Positions 1 to 11,830 of a stretch of DNA of 64,000 nucleotides are shown one piece after another. Positions within the stretch are counted from its first letter, which is position 1, and each line of letters begins with the position of its first letter. The stretch comes from Lama guanicoe (lineage: Eukaryota): the NCBI GenBank assembly GCA_013239625.1, contig MU054323.1:2840161-2904160 (forward strand). Reading direction: 5' to 3'. The position numbers and the translations under genes are program-made. The notes beneath the pieces were generated by a model that saw nothing but the letters and a program-made list of their open reading frames with translations, was not told where the DNA came from and made no database searches.

Positions 1-2309
1 TCCCGAAAACATTTAGATGCCACTCTGGGCTGATGAAGGGTGAAAGGAAGAACACTGATTTTACTTTAAGTCTGCCTAGAGCAACTAAAGTTCCTGCTAT
101 CAGGCAGAAAGGGGCTCAAGAGAGGAAGTGTTTCGTTCCATAAAACTGAAGAACATCACAGTTTTGCATACCTGCGTTTCCACCAGTGAAAGTTGTAGAT
201 GACACACACGCACCAGGTGATGGGCTGAGAAGCATGCAGACTACTGTAGGACCCCGGGCCAGCAAGGGGATGCCAGAGCCATTTCAGAAGCTGGGTCTGT
301 CTTCAAAGGGTTTTGACTCGCCGACCTCTGGCTGGCCTGCGCCCTCTTCTCAGACACACCAGACAGACGAGTAAACACAGATCACAAGTGGACCACATGT
401 TCCTATTCCTCTTCCAAGTGCTCTGTGGCTGCGGGCCTCCCCCACTCCAGACTTCTCATTTAGGTCCTCCTGACTGATGCTTAGGCCCCACAGAGGCTTC
501 CTCCCTCCTCTCTCAGCCAAGCGCGGCTGGCAAGACAAGGATCAAACTTATGCGAGAGTCCCAGCGTTGGTGAAGATCTTCACCTGCAGCTTTTCTCAGG
601 ATCCTGGGCTACGGCATCTAAAACCCTGACTTTATTTACTCCTTTGAAAAAAACCTTTCCCTCGCTGGTTTATCCTTAACAATGCCGACGTACCTGGGTA
701 AGGACCCTGGTGAGCTGCTAACACTTCACCGTGAAGACATTACTGTATTCTTTTTCCTCTATGACATGGGCAACCTTGAGAAGCAGTAAAGCAGTGAGGT
801 CAGAAAGGAGGTGGGGACCCTCAAAGGAGGAAAGAGGGTTCAGAGGGGGAGTTTGGAGGAGCGGGAGAGAATTTTGCCCATCCTGTTTCCTGAGGGAGGC
901 CCAGGTGTGCAGTGAACTATCTTTGGATGCTTCTAAAAGAAATGGAGGTCCACATGTCAAAGACAGGATGCCTAACTGAGGACAGAAGGAAGGGAATGTT
1001 GACATAAATGCTTCCTGATATATTCGCCTCCCATGGTTCCAAGTCAGCCAGCTACTTATCCACTGTTTAGAGATGACAGTCCAGAAATCTTCATCTTAGC
1101 ATTGAGTTTCTTAGCATTCAATTCATTAGCTGAAGCTGAAACTCTTCTGTAAATAAGGGAATGACTCCCTTACGCTAGTGTAGTGCAGAAGTTAATATAG
1201 AACTTTCTTAACTGTCTCATCTGATCTTTTCTGCATCGCAACCCAATAAAGGAGGCAATATATCCCAGTCTGAGCCTCCAGAAATTTGCTTTTTATTTTT
1301 ACTTATGGAGGAGAAAGAGAGGGTGGGGATCATGAAGGGGATCCCTGAAAAGTCCCCAAGAACAACATCAGATGCAACAGCAATCAGTGGAGACAGGCGG
1401 CAACTGCCATGAGCGCCCCCGGGGCTGGGAGGAGCTGCTGAAAGCCAGCCCCCTTCATGAGAACATCCCTAGAGACCATTTCAGTCCTCCTTTCACACCT
1501 GGCATATATTTATATGGTACCAGAGAAGGGATTTTTATTTTTAAATTATGCATGTGGACTTGCACCTTCATTCTATGAGAATCAAACTAAATGTTATTCC
1601 ACAACACTCTGTAAAGTTAATGATACAACGTGACTAGAGCTCTTTCCTGAAATGTGACATTCTTCAGGGACCCTGACAGTATTTAAAGGCTTGGATGCCA
1701 GGGCCAAATCCTGCCCCTAGAGTCACATAGAAGTTCCACAAGTACTTATATACTATGACATATATATTCCTTGGTTTCTGTGAATTCAATCAGAAGGTTT
1801 ATATGCAAAGTCCCTGAAAAACCAGAGGTACTATGGCACTGGGTCTGGGAGCCGCCTAAATCTGGGCAGAGCAATCCAGCCACACTTGACTGCAGGGAAC
1901 TGATCACCTGGTCAAAGCAGAGAGAAAAAGCAAAGACTTAAAAATAGAAGGGAAGCTAAATTTCCATCACTGTGATTCCAAAATGGGGCAAGATTTATGA
2001 AGTTAAAAAACCTATTTTGTGTTAATCTCAATGAATATTTTAAATTCATCATTAATCAATAGCTATTTTTTAAAAATGAATTGAATTTTCTTGACCCAGT
2101 GTAAGAGATTTTCAGAAGTAACTTAATTTAGAATTTTGAAAATTGCAAATATTTTTGTCTTCATGTCCCAGGTTTAATTTGCATTTGGTCTGATCATGAT
2201 GTAACTGTGTTTATCTGAGGCAGAATACCCCATACAGAGAGTAAATACGCCTATGTTTCCATGTTTTATGTGGAATATTTAGGAGAAGGCAATGAAATAG
2301 GATTCTAAA

Positions 2310-2490
2310 GGCCTGGCTGGCTCTACCACTTAATATGGCATGCTAGCTGCCACTGGAGGTCTGTGTGGCCTTGGATAAATTATCCAGCCTCTCTGGGCCT
2401 CATTTTATTGATATGAAAATGGGCATAATCCACTCTCTCAGTATAATGATGAGCAGTAAATGAGACAACAAATATGAGAGCAGTTCATTC
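2310..2490 (+). mobile_element. MIR SINE fragment
   Basis: ctgtgtggccttggataaattatccagcctctctgggcctcatttt...tgaaaatgggcataat matches the MIR core. Confidence 0.7.
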
Positions 2491-2696
2491 TTAAACACTC
2501 ACTATATTATACACAAAGGTATGTATCTTGCTTTTTTTTTTTTTTTAAAGAATCCGAGTCCTCAAAAGCTGGGATGGATTATATGTGATTCAGTTACTCA
2601 CACATTTTGGGGGCTCCTATGGAAAATCAGCAATTAGCACCTGGCAGAAGTTCACCATATTCAATCCCTACTCAGTAAATATTTCTAACAGTCCAC

Positions 2697-2905
2697 CAGC
2701 ACTGTTTCATAGCACTTTCTGTGATGATGGAAATGTTCTATATTTTTCATTGACCAAAATGGTAGCCACTGGACACTACTGGCTATTGAGCTCTGGAAAT
2801 GAGATTGGTGCAACTAACAAAGGGATTTTCAGTTTTATATCATTGTAATTAATTTAAATACAAATAGCCACATGTGGGTAGTGGCTACCACACTGGACGG
2901 TGCAG
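2697..2905 (+). mobile_element. MER3 non-autonomous hAT-Charlie DNA transposon, near full length
   Basis: cagcactgtttcatagcactttctgtgatgatggaaatgttctata...aaatagccacatgtgggtagtggctaccacactggacggtgcag follows the MER3 consensus end to end. Confidence 0.9.
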
Positions 2906-3301
2906 GCAGGCTAGACGTTTGAAGGAGCCATATTATAAGTACCATTCTAGATCCTCTATCTCCGTAAGCACCTTACACCACCAAGAACATGCAGCGTCTG
3001 TCCCCACAGTGACTTCCAACCCTATAAAGGAGGGAAGCATGTCATGAACTAAAGCATACCAAGACATCCCAAACATACAGTGCAGCCCCACAGGGCAGAC
3101 TCTCATACCCAAAGAAAGCCTGGAGAACCTTAATCAACAAGAATAAAAGGCCAGCAGTGGGATTTCCAGAACCAAGGCAAGAACACGGTATTAGCAAGAG
3201 GATCTTCCTCAAAGGATCCCTATAGACCACTGCCCTCTCCTCTCCACTGGCATTTCTGGCTCCACCATTCCTCCTACCCACCTCCCACCCCTCCCACTCA
3301 C

Positions 3302-3412
3302 CACATACCGAAAGTCCTGCTTATACAGGCCAGGAGACGCACCGCTGTGGCAGAGATCTGGGCTACTTTGAAGATGTGAATTTTTCCAAAGAAGGAGCAG
3401 AGATTGCAGTAG
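3302..3412 (-). other. Candidate alternative 5' exon (5' boundary uncertain)
   Basis: Donor TG|gtgagt followed by intronic G-runs (gggaggggtgggaggtggg). Second donor CG|gtatgt 7 nt upstream. Poor pyrimidine tract, so more like a first exon. Confidence 0.3.
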
Positions 3413-6289
3413 CTGTAGGATATTCTCTGCGTGTGTGTGTTTCTTTCCCTTTTTTTTTTAACAGCTCTAATTCCAGCATTGAACTTGAGACTGATCATTA
3501 TTTCCTCCTCTCATCATCTCACAGTATATTCATACCAGCACAGACAAGACTCCCAATGTCAACATTGTTTGCTTTCCTTTCAGAGCAAGACACGTTCGGT
3601 CCTACACTATCACACATTTAGAGCAGATGTTCCTAAAAAAGGATAAACCAGGTGCTTAACATATTTTATTCCAAGGGGTAATTTTAGAAATTATTGCAAT
3701 CAATGAGCTAATAATAATGGTGGTAATGATGAGGCCAAGTTATTATTACCTATTACCTTTAATCATCGACAGCAACTCAATTGGACATAATTAGAGGCAT
3801 CATCATAAATAACTTGGAGCAGATGGAAGATGCTGGGCTTTGCATTTCCAGGCCTGAGTGGGAGGGTTCATGATGGAGCGATGGGCATTATAAATGGGCC
3901 ACTTATGTCCAGAATTCACCCTGCACTTGAATCTTCCCTGTCTGACCCATAAAAACAGAGGCGAAATTGATAGAAGATACAAGCAGCCAACCCCACGCTT
4001 TCAAAGTCCATCCTCTAATTGTGCAACAGCTCTCTCCCCATCACTCACTGCAGGACCCCAGTTCTGCCCAATTTCCATCTTTATGGGTTAAACAGTGGCC
4101 TTGTTTGTTTGTTTTTTTTTCTTTCAATTCCATTGGTACAAGAAAAATAGAGCAATAGTCTGTCTTGACCGTCCCCCAACCTCCCTCATTCCAGAAAAGC
4201 ATGCCTCCAGGATGATTTTTACCTTTTGAAAACATGCAAATGCTTTAGTGAGTCATTTAGCATTAATTTAATATTTGGCATGAAATACAGAAAGAAACGA
4301 CATCAACTCCTATTCAGTAACTCCACAAAACAACCATTTCCTTGGTCCTGGCAACTGTCTTATAGGGGCACAGGACACAAACACGTAAGACACAGTCAGG
4401 TGTGCAAGGGAGGTAATGATATGAAGAAAGAAGCTTTGGCCTGGGGTTTCACAATTGGGGTTCAATTCCTGCAATAACCATTTACTGGGCCAGTATGAGA
4501 CAAGTTACCTGTCCTCTGTGAGCCTCTGTTCCATCAACTATAAACAGTTAGCTTGTGTTAGCAGCCTCCTCTCTGCAAGTCAATGACATCCCATGCTTTT
4601 CTCCATAAAATCACTCTTCCCAACAGACTGTAGGTATGGGTTTACCTTCCTGTGTTGGCCAGACTTTGAGAAGGTGCTGTACTGGGTTATTCCTTTCTCT
4701 ATCCCTAGTACCTGGCACACACTAAGTGCTCAATAAACGTGAGTTTTCATATCCCTAAAGAACTTGCAGTCTAGATAGACAGACAAGACCAACATCCACA
4801 AAGCAGAGAGTGACACAGAGCCATTGATCAACGTGGCTCAGAATAGCCAGGCTGACCTATTGGGAGGAAGTGGGACTGAACTAGGCTTTGAAGATTGTGC
4901 TAAAATCTTGCCAAAGACAGTCCCGATTACCTCAATCAATTAGCTTCACCTCTTCATCTTTTGGTTCCATATAAGTTAAGTGGCAGTAACAGCCATCTTT
5001 AAGAACCATGCAGAGATGAAACACTTCTTTTTTATTTTTTAACAGATGTACACATTGCCACTCAAAGACAAACACCATATAAATAGCATAATGATAATCA
5101 TATTGAGAAATAAAATAGTAATGATGCAAACATTCATGTCATGTGTCATGTTTGGGGTCTTTGAGGGGAGTTTCTACTCAAATATCTCTAAATGAATAAA
5201 CACATATGGTCCATAAAGATGTCCAAAAACACTTTTTTCTACTTGTATCCACATATAACTCACTATAGAACTAAAAACAAATTCACTTAGAACTTTTATG
5301 GAATTATAATCTTAAAAGAAAAATCAGAGTTCTCATTAAAGCCAATTGGAATTTGGCATAAAAATTAATAGCAGGATATAAGCTTATGGGATCTTATCAA
5401 TAACATCTTTACAATCTGTTGGCCTCTTTGAGATGTGCCAAATATAACCAAGATTTATTGACAGAATCAATGTTGGAGAGCATAAAACTTTATATGTTTT
5501 CCTTTGCTCAATTAGTAAATCCTGTGTAAGTTAATACTGTCATGAGATTTCACTTAGCCGTGACCAGATATCATGGTCAAAGTAGATACCTTCATTTGGA
5601 TTATCTGTCTCAAATGTTCTAATTCTGCACTTTACTTCATGTAATTAGGGAAATTCAGCCAAAGTAAAGCTCCCTAGTTTGAAAAACTTTACTTTGTAAC
5701 TGTAATGGACAATGTTCCCTATGTGAGGTGTGAAAGGGGACTGAAAACATGAAAAAGAGAATCTCAGTCCTCAAGAAGATTATATCTTAGTTGATAAAGG
5801 GACAGGAGAAGAGAGAAGACTAGGAAACGAATACAAAGCACTACAGAAATAAGTGAAATGAGAGAAGTAAACTCAGGGTCCTGTGAAATCTCCAAGAGCA
5901 GGGAGATTCTATTCCACTGGGGAGATGACAAAGGAACATGGACTTGTTGGCCCATTGGCTTTGGCCCAGAAGTGTTCAAAGGGGTGTCGGTGCAGAGAAA
6001 ACAGCTTGAGCAACAGGGGATGACAGGGAATCAAGAAAACACAGAGAAAGCAACTAGCATTCCTCTACTTTTTCCTCCATCAGAGGAATATTGGAAAATC
6101 ATGTCAGAAAGATACATTGGACCCAAATTCTTGACGGTGTTGAATGTCAGGCTAAACATTTTTGGCTTAATTTGGTTAAGTCAGGAGAGACCACTGTATT
6201 TTTTTTAAAGCTAGTTGGTGGCCTACATTAATTTATTGTTTATCATTATTCAGTCTCTCACATCTAATTGCTCCCCATTCCCTATCAAG

Positions 6290-6930
6290 TCTACCTAGTG
6301 CTCTTACTACAGCACTTTCTTCCTAGTGCCCCCTGTTAGTGCCTCTCCATTCCAGCACCGGCCCCGTCATGCTCCCCGTCTCCTCCCCTACCCTCAAGTC
6401 ATCAACCTTAAGTAGAAATATGATTGCATCATCCCCCAGTTTGAGAGCCATCAGTAGGCTCCTCTTTCCTGGAGGATAACATCCAAACCCTCAACCTGGT
6501 ACACAAGATCCATCATCCTCTGAACTTCACACGTCCCTCAGCACACATGTTCCTATGCCCCCTATGCTTTGGCCTGAAATTTGTCACTGTTCCATCAAAC
6601 ACCTGATTTCTCACACTTCCATTTCTCTGTGTGAGTAGCCTCCTTGTTTGTCTGGGAAAGCACTACGGAACCTTGGAAATTCAGCTCAAATGTTACTGCC
6701 TCCATGAAGCCTTCCCTGATAATCTCCAGCCTCGCCCCTCCTGTTGGGTTAACTCCTTCTTTTCTTCTCCATAGCACCACATAGAGCTCTGTGACTTCAC
6801 TTCTCACTTTTCACTGTGTTTGTTTACATAACCATCTTCCTGCTACACTGGGTACCACCATTTCTTACTGCTCTCAATAGTCTTAAGGTAGGCATTCAGT
6901 ACCTAATAGGTGCATAAACTAATTTATATA
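6290..6930 (+). mobile_element. L2 LINE 3' fragments
   Basis: ttcagctcaaatgttactgcctccatgaagccttccctga and ggataacatccaaaccctcaacctgg are typical L2 3' motifs. Confidence 0.7.
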
Positions 6931-6999
6931 TTCTTATCACACCAACTTCCCGAAAATACCAAAGGCAGTTAGAGTAAAGAGCATAAAAAAAGGAATATG

Positions 7000-8000
7000 A
7001 CAGTGATGTATTAGGTACACTGGATGAGAGACTACAGGTTTGGAAGGAGGGGGAGAAGATGATGGATTCTTCTTTGAACATGGAAAATATGCCTCTGGCG
7101 TCCACTGCAATCAGGACCTGCTTTCGAGGCTGCAAGTGATTCTGATTAGACAGGAACAGAGAATTAAGTCGTTCTTTTCACTTCCCAAGCCTAACACGAC
7201 CATCTCTTTTGATAACTTCCTCCAAGATGACTCTGAATTTCTTTAGCCCTGTCTCTCTTATCCAAATATTTCCTTGAATAAGAACTGAAATGGGCACGTT
7301 TTCAGATCCTGTGTCTCTGAACGTGTGTGAGCTCAGGGAGAAGGAAACAGAAAGTGATTTGCAACCTGGCTCTGGAAGGAGAGCGACTGTCATGGGGGCC
7401 GGGGTTGTTTTCGTTATTACTGCCTCGCTTCAAACCTGTGTCTGTTTATTGTTATTGTCTTGTCCCCTTACTGATGCTCAAGCCATTTCCTCAACACAAG
7501 TGTGAAAGGAAACCTGGCAAAAGTTACCATAGCGAGAGTTCCGAATCCATAATGGATTCATCCTGAGATACAGCACGACATCTGTTAGATATTTGGAGAC
7601 GCTGTCCATCCTGCCTTGAGGGATACTTAAGCAGTCAGGCTCCCTTCTCCCTGGAAGGCTATAAAACGCGGAGAGTTGCGAAGTGGCAGGAAAGAGCTAG
7701 CGATGCCCGCTTGCAAGAGCAAGTGCTGTGACTCGCAGAATGCAGATATTTGAAAAGGGAAGATTGGCGTTTAAATTTTGCACATGTGCTTGACTTCGTA
7801 TTTACACAGAACTTCAATCAGGACAACGGAGAGAAAGAACATGTATTATATGGAAATGAGTTATGTAATGGAAACTTTCATTTGCATAAGCAATTTTTAC
7901 ATGCTTCTGTTAAGAATTTCAGCTTCTTCTCTTTTGTTCTAAAGGGTTTGTTTTTTTTTTTAAGTCAAATTAAGTGGATGTTCAAAGAAGCTTCATGGAA
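7000..8000 (-). promoter_or_regulatory. Candidate alternative promoter / regulatory region
   Basis: Repeat-free and CpG-retaining around 7530-7830. D-box consensus GTTATGTAAT at 7860-7869 and octamer ATTTGCAT at 7880-7887, upstream of the exon candidate. Confidence 0.4.
7528..7609 (-). CDS. Candidate alternative N-terminal coding segment MDSVSKYLTDVVLYLRMNPLWIRNSRY (phase-1 end) in an exon ~7528-7658
   Basis: Strong Kozak (aggATGG), 27 open codons then TATG|gtaact donor. Acceptor-like ctctccgcgttttatag at 7659. Local CpG retention. Confidence 0.4.
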
Positions 8001-9389
8001 ACCCTTATTGCTTCTAGAAACAACTGGTCTGGTGGGATTCCAACGGAATATTAGAACCTTTTTTTTTCCTCCCAGAATATTAAAGCATACCAATAAGAAA
8101 ATGAACTTCAGAGAGAGGAAGGGAAGTTGGAGAGAAACAGAAGAGATGGGGAGGGCAGAGGGAAGCTGCTGGATAAATGAGTCCAAGGAAAGGAGAGAGA
8201 GAAGTGGAAAGAAAGATTAGGAGAGGAGGAAAGGGTGAATAAGAAGGAGCAAGTCGATCTTAAAATAGCCTTAAAGAAAAAAATACCAAGTATAAAATCC
8301 CCTTTACCTCGATGGTAAAAGAAATCCTGAGGCAAAGCCACAACAGTTGCAACCAAGACAAGCCTTTTTTTTTTTTAATTCCACCTGGAAATTCAAAGAG
8401 GTTATGAAGGTAGAAATTAGCAAGCTGTATACTTGGAACAACATTTTAAAAATCAAAACCAAACTTAGAACCGTGAAGGGAGTGTGAGAAAAGACAGATG
8501 CTAGAAGAGGAGAAAGAAAAATGAGGAGAAAGACGGAACAATAGAAGGGGAGAGAGTCCGAGAAAGCCAGGAACTAAACAAAAGTTGGAATATTTGTTTT
8601 ATGAAGTATTAATAACTTGCAAGGGGTTATTTGTCATTGCTGAATTTAGAAATTTATTATCCCATATCAACAAGAGACCAAACCGTCCAGAGTCATTGGC
8701 TCAGACTGTTTTTAAAACGCGCCTTCATCCAGAGGACAGTGACCCAAGTTGACAGGCGGTCTCACTCTGAAAGGGGAGAGGACGGGGCCCTGCTTCAGCC
8801 GGCTCCCAGGCTCATTTCCCCACTCATGGCCAGAGAACTCCTCTGGGGGCTGGGAGAGACTTTGAAGTTCACAAGAGTTTGGGATGGGGAAAGGCGAGTG
8901 ACTGTGGAAAAGAGAATGAGAATTTATGAGCAGGACCCTTGGGGGGTTTCATATAAAAGCCCTAAATTAACTCTTAATACTTATGAAATTCTGTGCTGTC
9001 ACCCACTTTCTTAACTTGATTGCTTTGTGTTTGCTGAGCCTCTTCCATATCACGAGGGACTAATCGTTGATCTTGGCAATTTCATTAAAGTAACACAGGG
9101 TTGGGGAGGTGGAGGTAATGCGTGCTTCAAACTTCAGGATGAGTCTTAAGGAGGCAGGAAAGGGGGCACTGTCACCCACTCTCCATTTATCTAAGAAAAA
9201 GAGCATATAGAAACATTTGGGGATTTTGTGAACCATCTAGAATGCCCCCCTTAAGGAGGTTCACTGCCTTTAGAGATGCCCCCTTCCAGATGTCCTCTCC
9301 TTGGTCTTAGCCCCACAGTGAACTCCCCTGCTCTGCCCATTCTGTCCCCCCAATTGGCACCATCAGCCATGCCTCCTGATGTGCCCCAG

Positions 9390-9690
9390 CCCCACTGAAC
9401 TGCTCTACAGCTGACCTCCTCCAAGGGGTCTCAGTTTAGCCCTCACTTCCTCAGGAAGCCTCCCAGACCACCCAGATGACGTCAGGTGTCCTCCCAGTGC
9501 TGGGTCCCCAGAGCACCCCTTGCTTCCCCTTCTCATCACACATTCCCAGCGTTTCACTTGTCTCTCCTCCAGCAAAATATAAAGTCCTTGAAGACAGGCA
9601 CACTCTGAGGCAGTTTGCTGCTGTCTCTTCAGCTTCCAGTACAGTGTCTGCACTCAAAATACTTCTTAAATTAGTGAATGAATGGGATTT
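9390..9690 (+). mobile_element. L2 3' end fragment
   Basis: cacttcctcaggaagcctccc...ccttgaagacaggca...cactcaaaatacttcttaaattagtgaatgaatg. Confidence 0.65.
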
Positions 9691-9899
9691 AAAATCAGAT
9701 CTTGACTCTGAAACATATGTTCTCTCCACTTTACCATGGTGCTCAAGGTACTGTCTGCCAACGTGGTCCAAATGGGATTAATGTTAAAGAGGCAGATTCC
9801 TGGACTCCAAGCTCAAACTCTCTCCCAGTCATCATTCCAGCACTGACGCTTGAGTTGCACCAGGTTCTAGGAGTAAAATATAATATTTACCTGTTAAAA

Positions 9900-10290
9900 A
9901 CCTATGAGTTTTCATTCACTATGGAGCATACAAATTACTGCACTTGTCACAGTGAATATAATGGTGAAAATAACAGAAAAGAAGGTTCCAGTCTTCAAGG
10001 AGCTTACCTTCCAGCATGTGCATCAACATTAAACCATTAATTATACAGGTGCTATGAAAGTGTGAATAAGGGCAGTTGGAACTGCACTTTGGAAAATTAA
10101 TAGAAATTAGTAAGGCAAAGAGCAAAGGCGAGAGATTTGGGGAGAGGGGAGCTGATGAAGCATGCACAGAAGTCCTGCGGCAGAAAGGAGACTGATGAGT
10201 TTATGGGACTGAAAGAATGTCAGTGTGACTAAAGTCCAAAGAGAGAAGAGAATGGCATGAGATGAGGCTGCAGAGAAAGGCTGAGGTGTC
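9900..10290 (-). mobile_element. L2 fragment, antisense
   Basis: ccagtcttcaaggagcttaccttccag...aagaatgtcagtgtgactaaag...gagatgaggctgcagaga, typical of reverse L2. Confidence 0.55.
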
Positions 10291-10929
10291 TGCTCATGCC
10301 TCCATTCCCACTTCCTTAAGACACGCACAGAATGGTTTTGTTTATGTCTAGTTAAGAAATATACAGACACAAAAAACTATGTCTGTTTTCAGCAGGAGCA
10401 TAGGAGACATACCATGCATATACTTTTATTTACTTAAGATTGTGTGGTGGGTTTTGTTTGCTTGTTTTTGATTTTGCTATCATTTAAAAAAATTCTGTAA
10501 TGTTCTTCTTTATCCAGAGTAGTATATCCTTGAGTTGCTAGTTGAATTTAACTGGAGGGTAGTAAATTGCTGGGGTTAAAAAAAAAAATCAGCAGAAACA
10601 CAGAAATAATCAATAAGCTGATGTTAAAAGCAGAAAGTGACTTATGAGATGAATGAATTAGAACAACTGAGGATATAATAATGTGAATGAGTACTACAGA
10701 TTGGTGTGTGCTACTTTCTGAATCATATTTTCTGGCCCTAGTCCAGAGGAGGTTTTCAAATTACAGAAATCCCTACTTCCAGCCCTGGATATAGCCTTGG
10801 GTTCTACCTGGACATGGTAGTTAGAAGGAGGAGGCAGCTGATAGAGGTTGAAAACTCCTTCTCTGACATCCAGACAGTGGCTTTAATTCCCGGGTTTGCC
10901 ACTTCCTAGATGTATGCTTTGGAACAATC

Positions 10930-11295
10930 TTTTTTTTTTTTAATTGACATATAGCTGATTTATAATGCTGTGTTAGTTCGGTTTCAGGTGTAAAGCAAAG
11001 TGATTCAGTTATACATATATATATTCTTTTTCAGGTGAAAAAAAGAATATATAATGGATTCTTCTCCATTTATAGGTTATTATAAGATATTGAATACAGT
11101 TCCCTATGCTACACAGTAGGTCCTTGTTGTTTATCTATTTTATATGTAGTAATGTATGTTAATCCCAAACTCCTATTTTATCCCTCCCCCCTTTTCCCCT
11201 TTGGTAACCATAAGTTTGTTTTCTATGTCGTCTGTGAGTCTATTTTGACTGTAAATAAGTTCATTTGTATCATTCTTTATATTCCACATATAAGC
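10930..11295 (-). mobile_element. Cetartiodactyl-type L1 3' end inserted within a MIR (MIR halves ~10840-10929 and ~11300-11450)
   Basis: polyT, then taattgacatatagctgatttataatgctgtgttagt...cccctttggtaaccataagtttgttttctatgtc...attccacatataag. MIR sequence resumes on both sides. Confidence 0.85.
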
Positions 11296-11499
11296 ACATC
11301 AGGAGCAAGCTGCTTTAAGCCTCAGTCTCCTCACCTACAAGAGAGAAAATATTAACTCCCATGTAGGGTTGTAAGGGCTGAACAAGACAGTATAGGCAAG
11401 GGTGTAGCACCTGCCTAGAAGGGCAGCACTCAGTCAACGTTAGCTAGTTTCACTGTCATCAAAGCGAAAAGGCGGCCAGTGTGCAATACTAGCTTTCAT

Positions 11500-11830
11500 A
11501 TTTAACGCTTTCTGTGTCCTCCACCCAGATCTCAGCGTTCTGCCTGTGTTAACTCACAACACTATGAGGTAGGTTCTATCATTGCATTTTTATAAATAAA
11601 GAAACTGAAGCCAACGAGACTAAACCACTTAGAGTTCATCCGTGGCAGAGCCAGAGCAGGAACCCAGGCAGTCTCTCTGTGCTTGTGAGCCAGAAATAGC
11701 CACAGGGCCAGAACCACACAACATCACAGCTAGGAAGGAACACAGAGGTGATCGAGTGAACCCTAGTCTGCAGATGAGAATGCTGGGGTCCAGAGAATTG
11801 AAATGACTTGCTTCCAGATCACAGATTTAA
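11500..11830 (-). mobile_element. Two MIR fragments
   Basis: aactcacaacactatgaggtagg...gaaactgaagcc...ggcagagccagagcaggaacccaggcagtct and gcagatgagaatgctggggtccagaga. Confidence 0.7.

Noticed and set aside
7598..7618. RE1/REST-like sequence gacgctgtcc at the candidate ATG
   Set aside because: Only one half matches. The GGTGCTGAA half is absent.
7659..7666. Plus-strand TATA box (ctataaaa)
   Set aside because: Better explained as the minus-strand acceptor ttttatag. No plus-strand exon is evident downstream.
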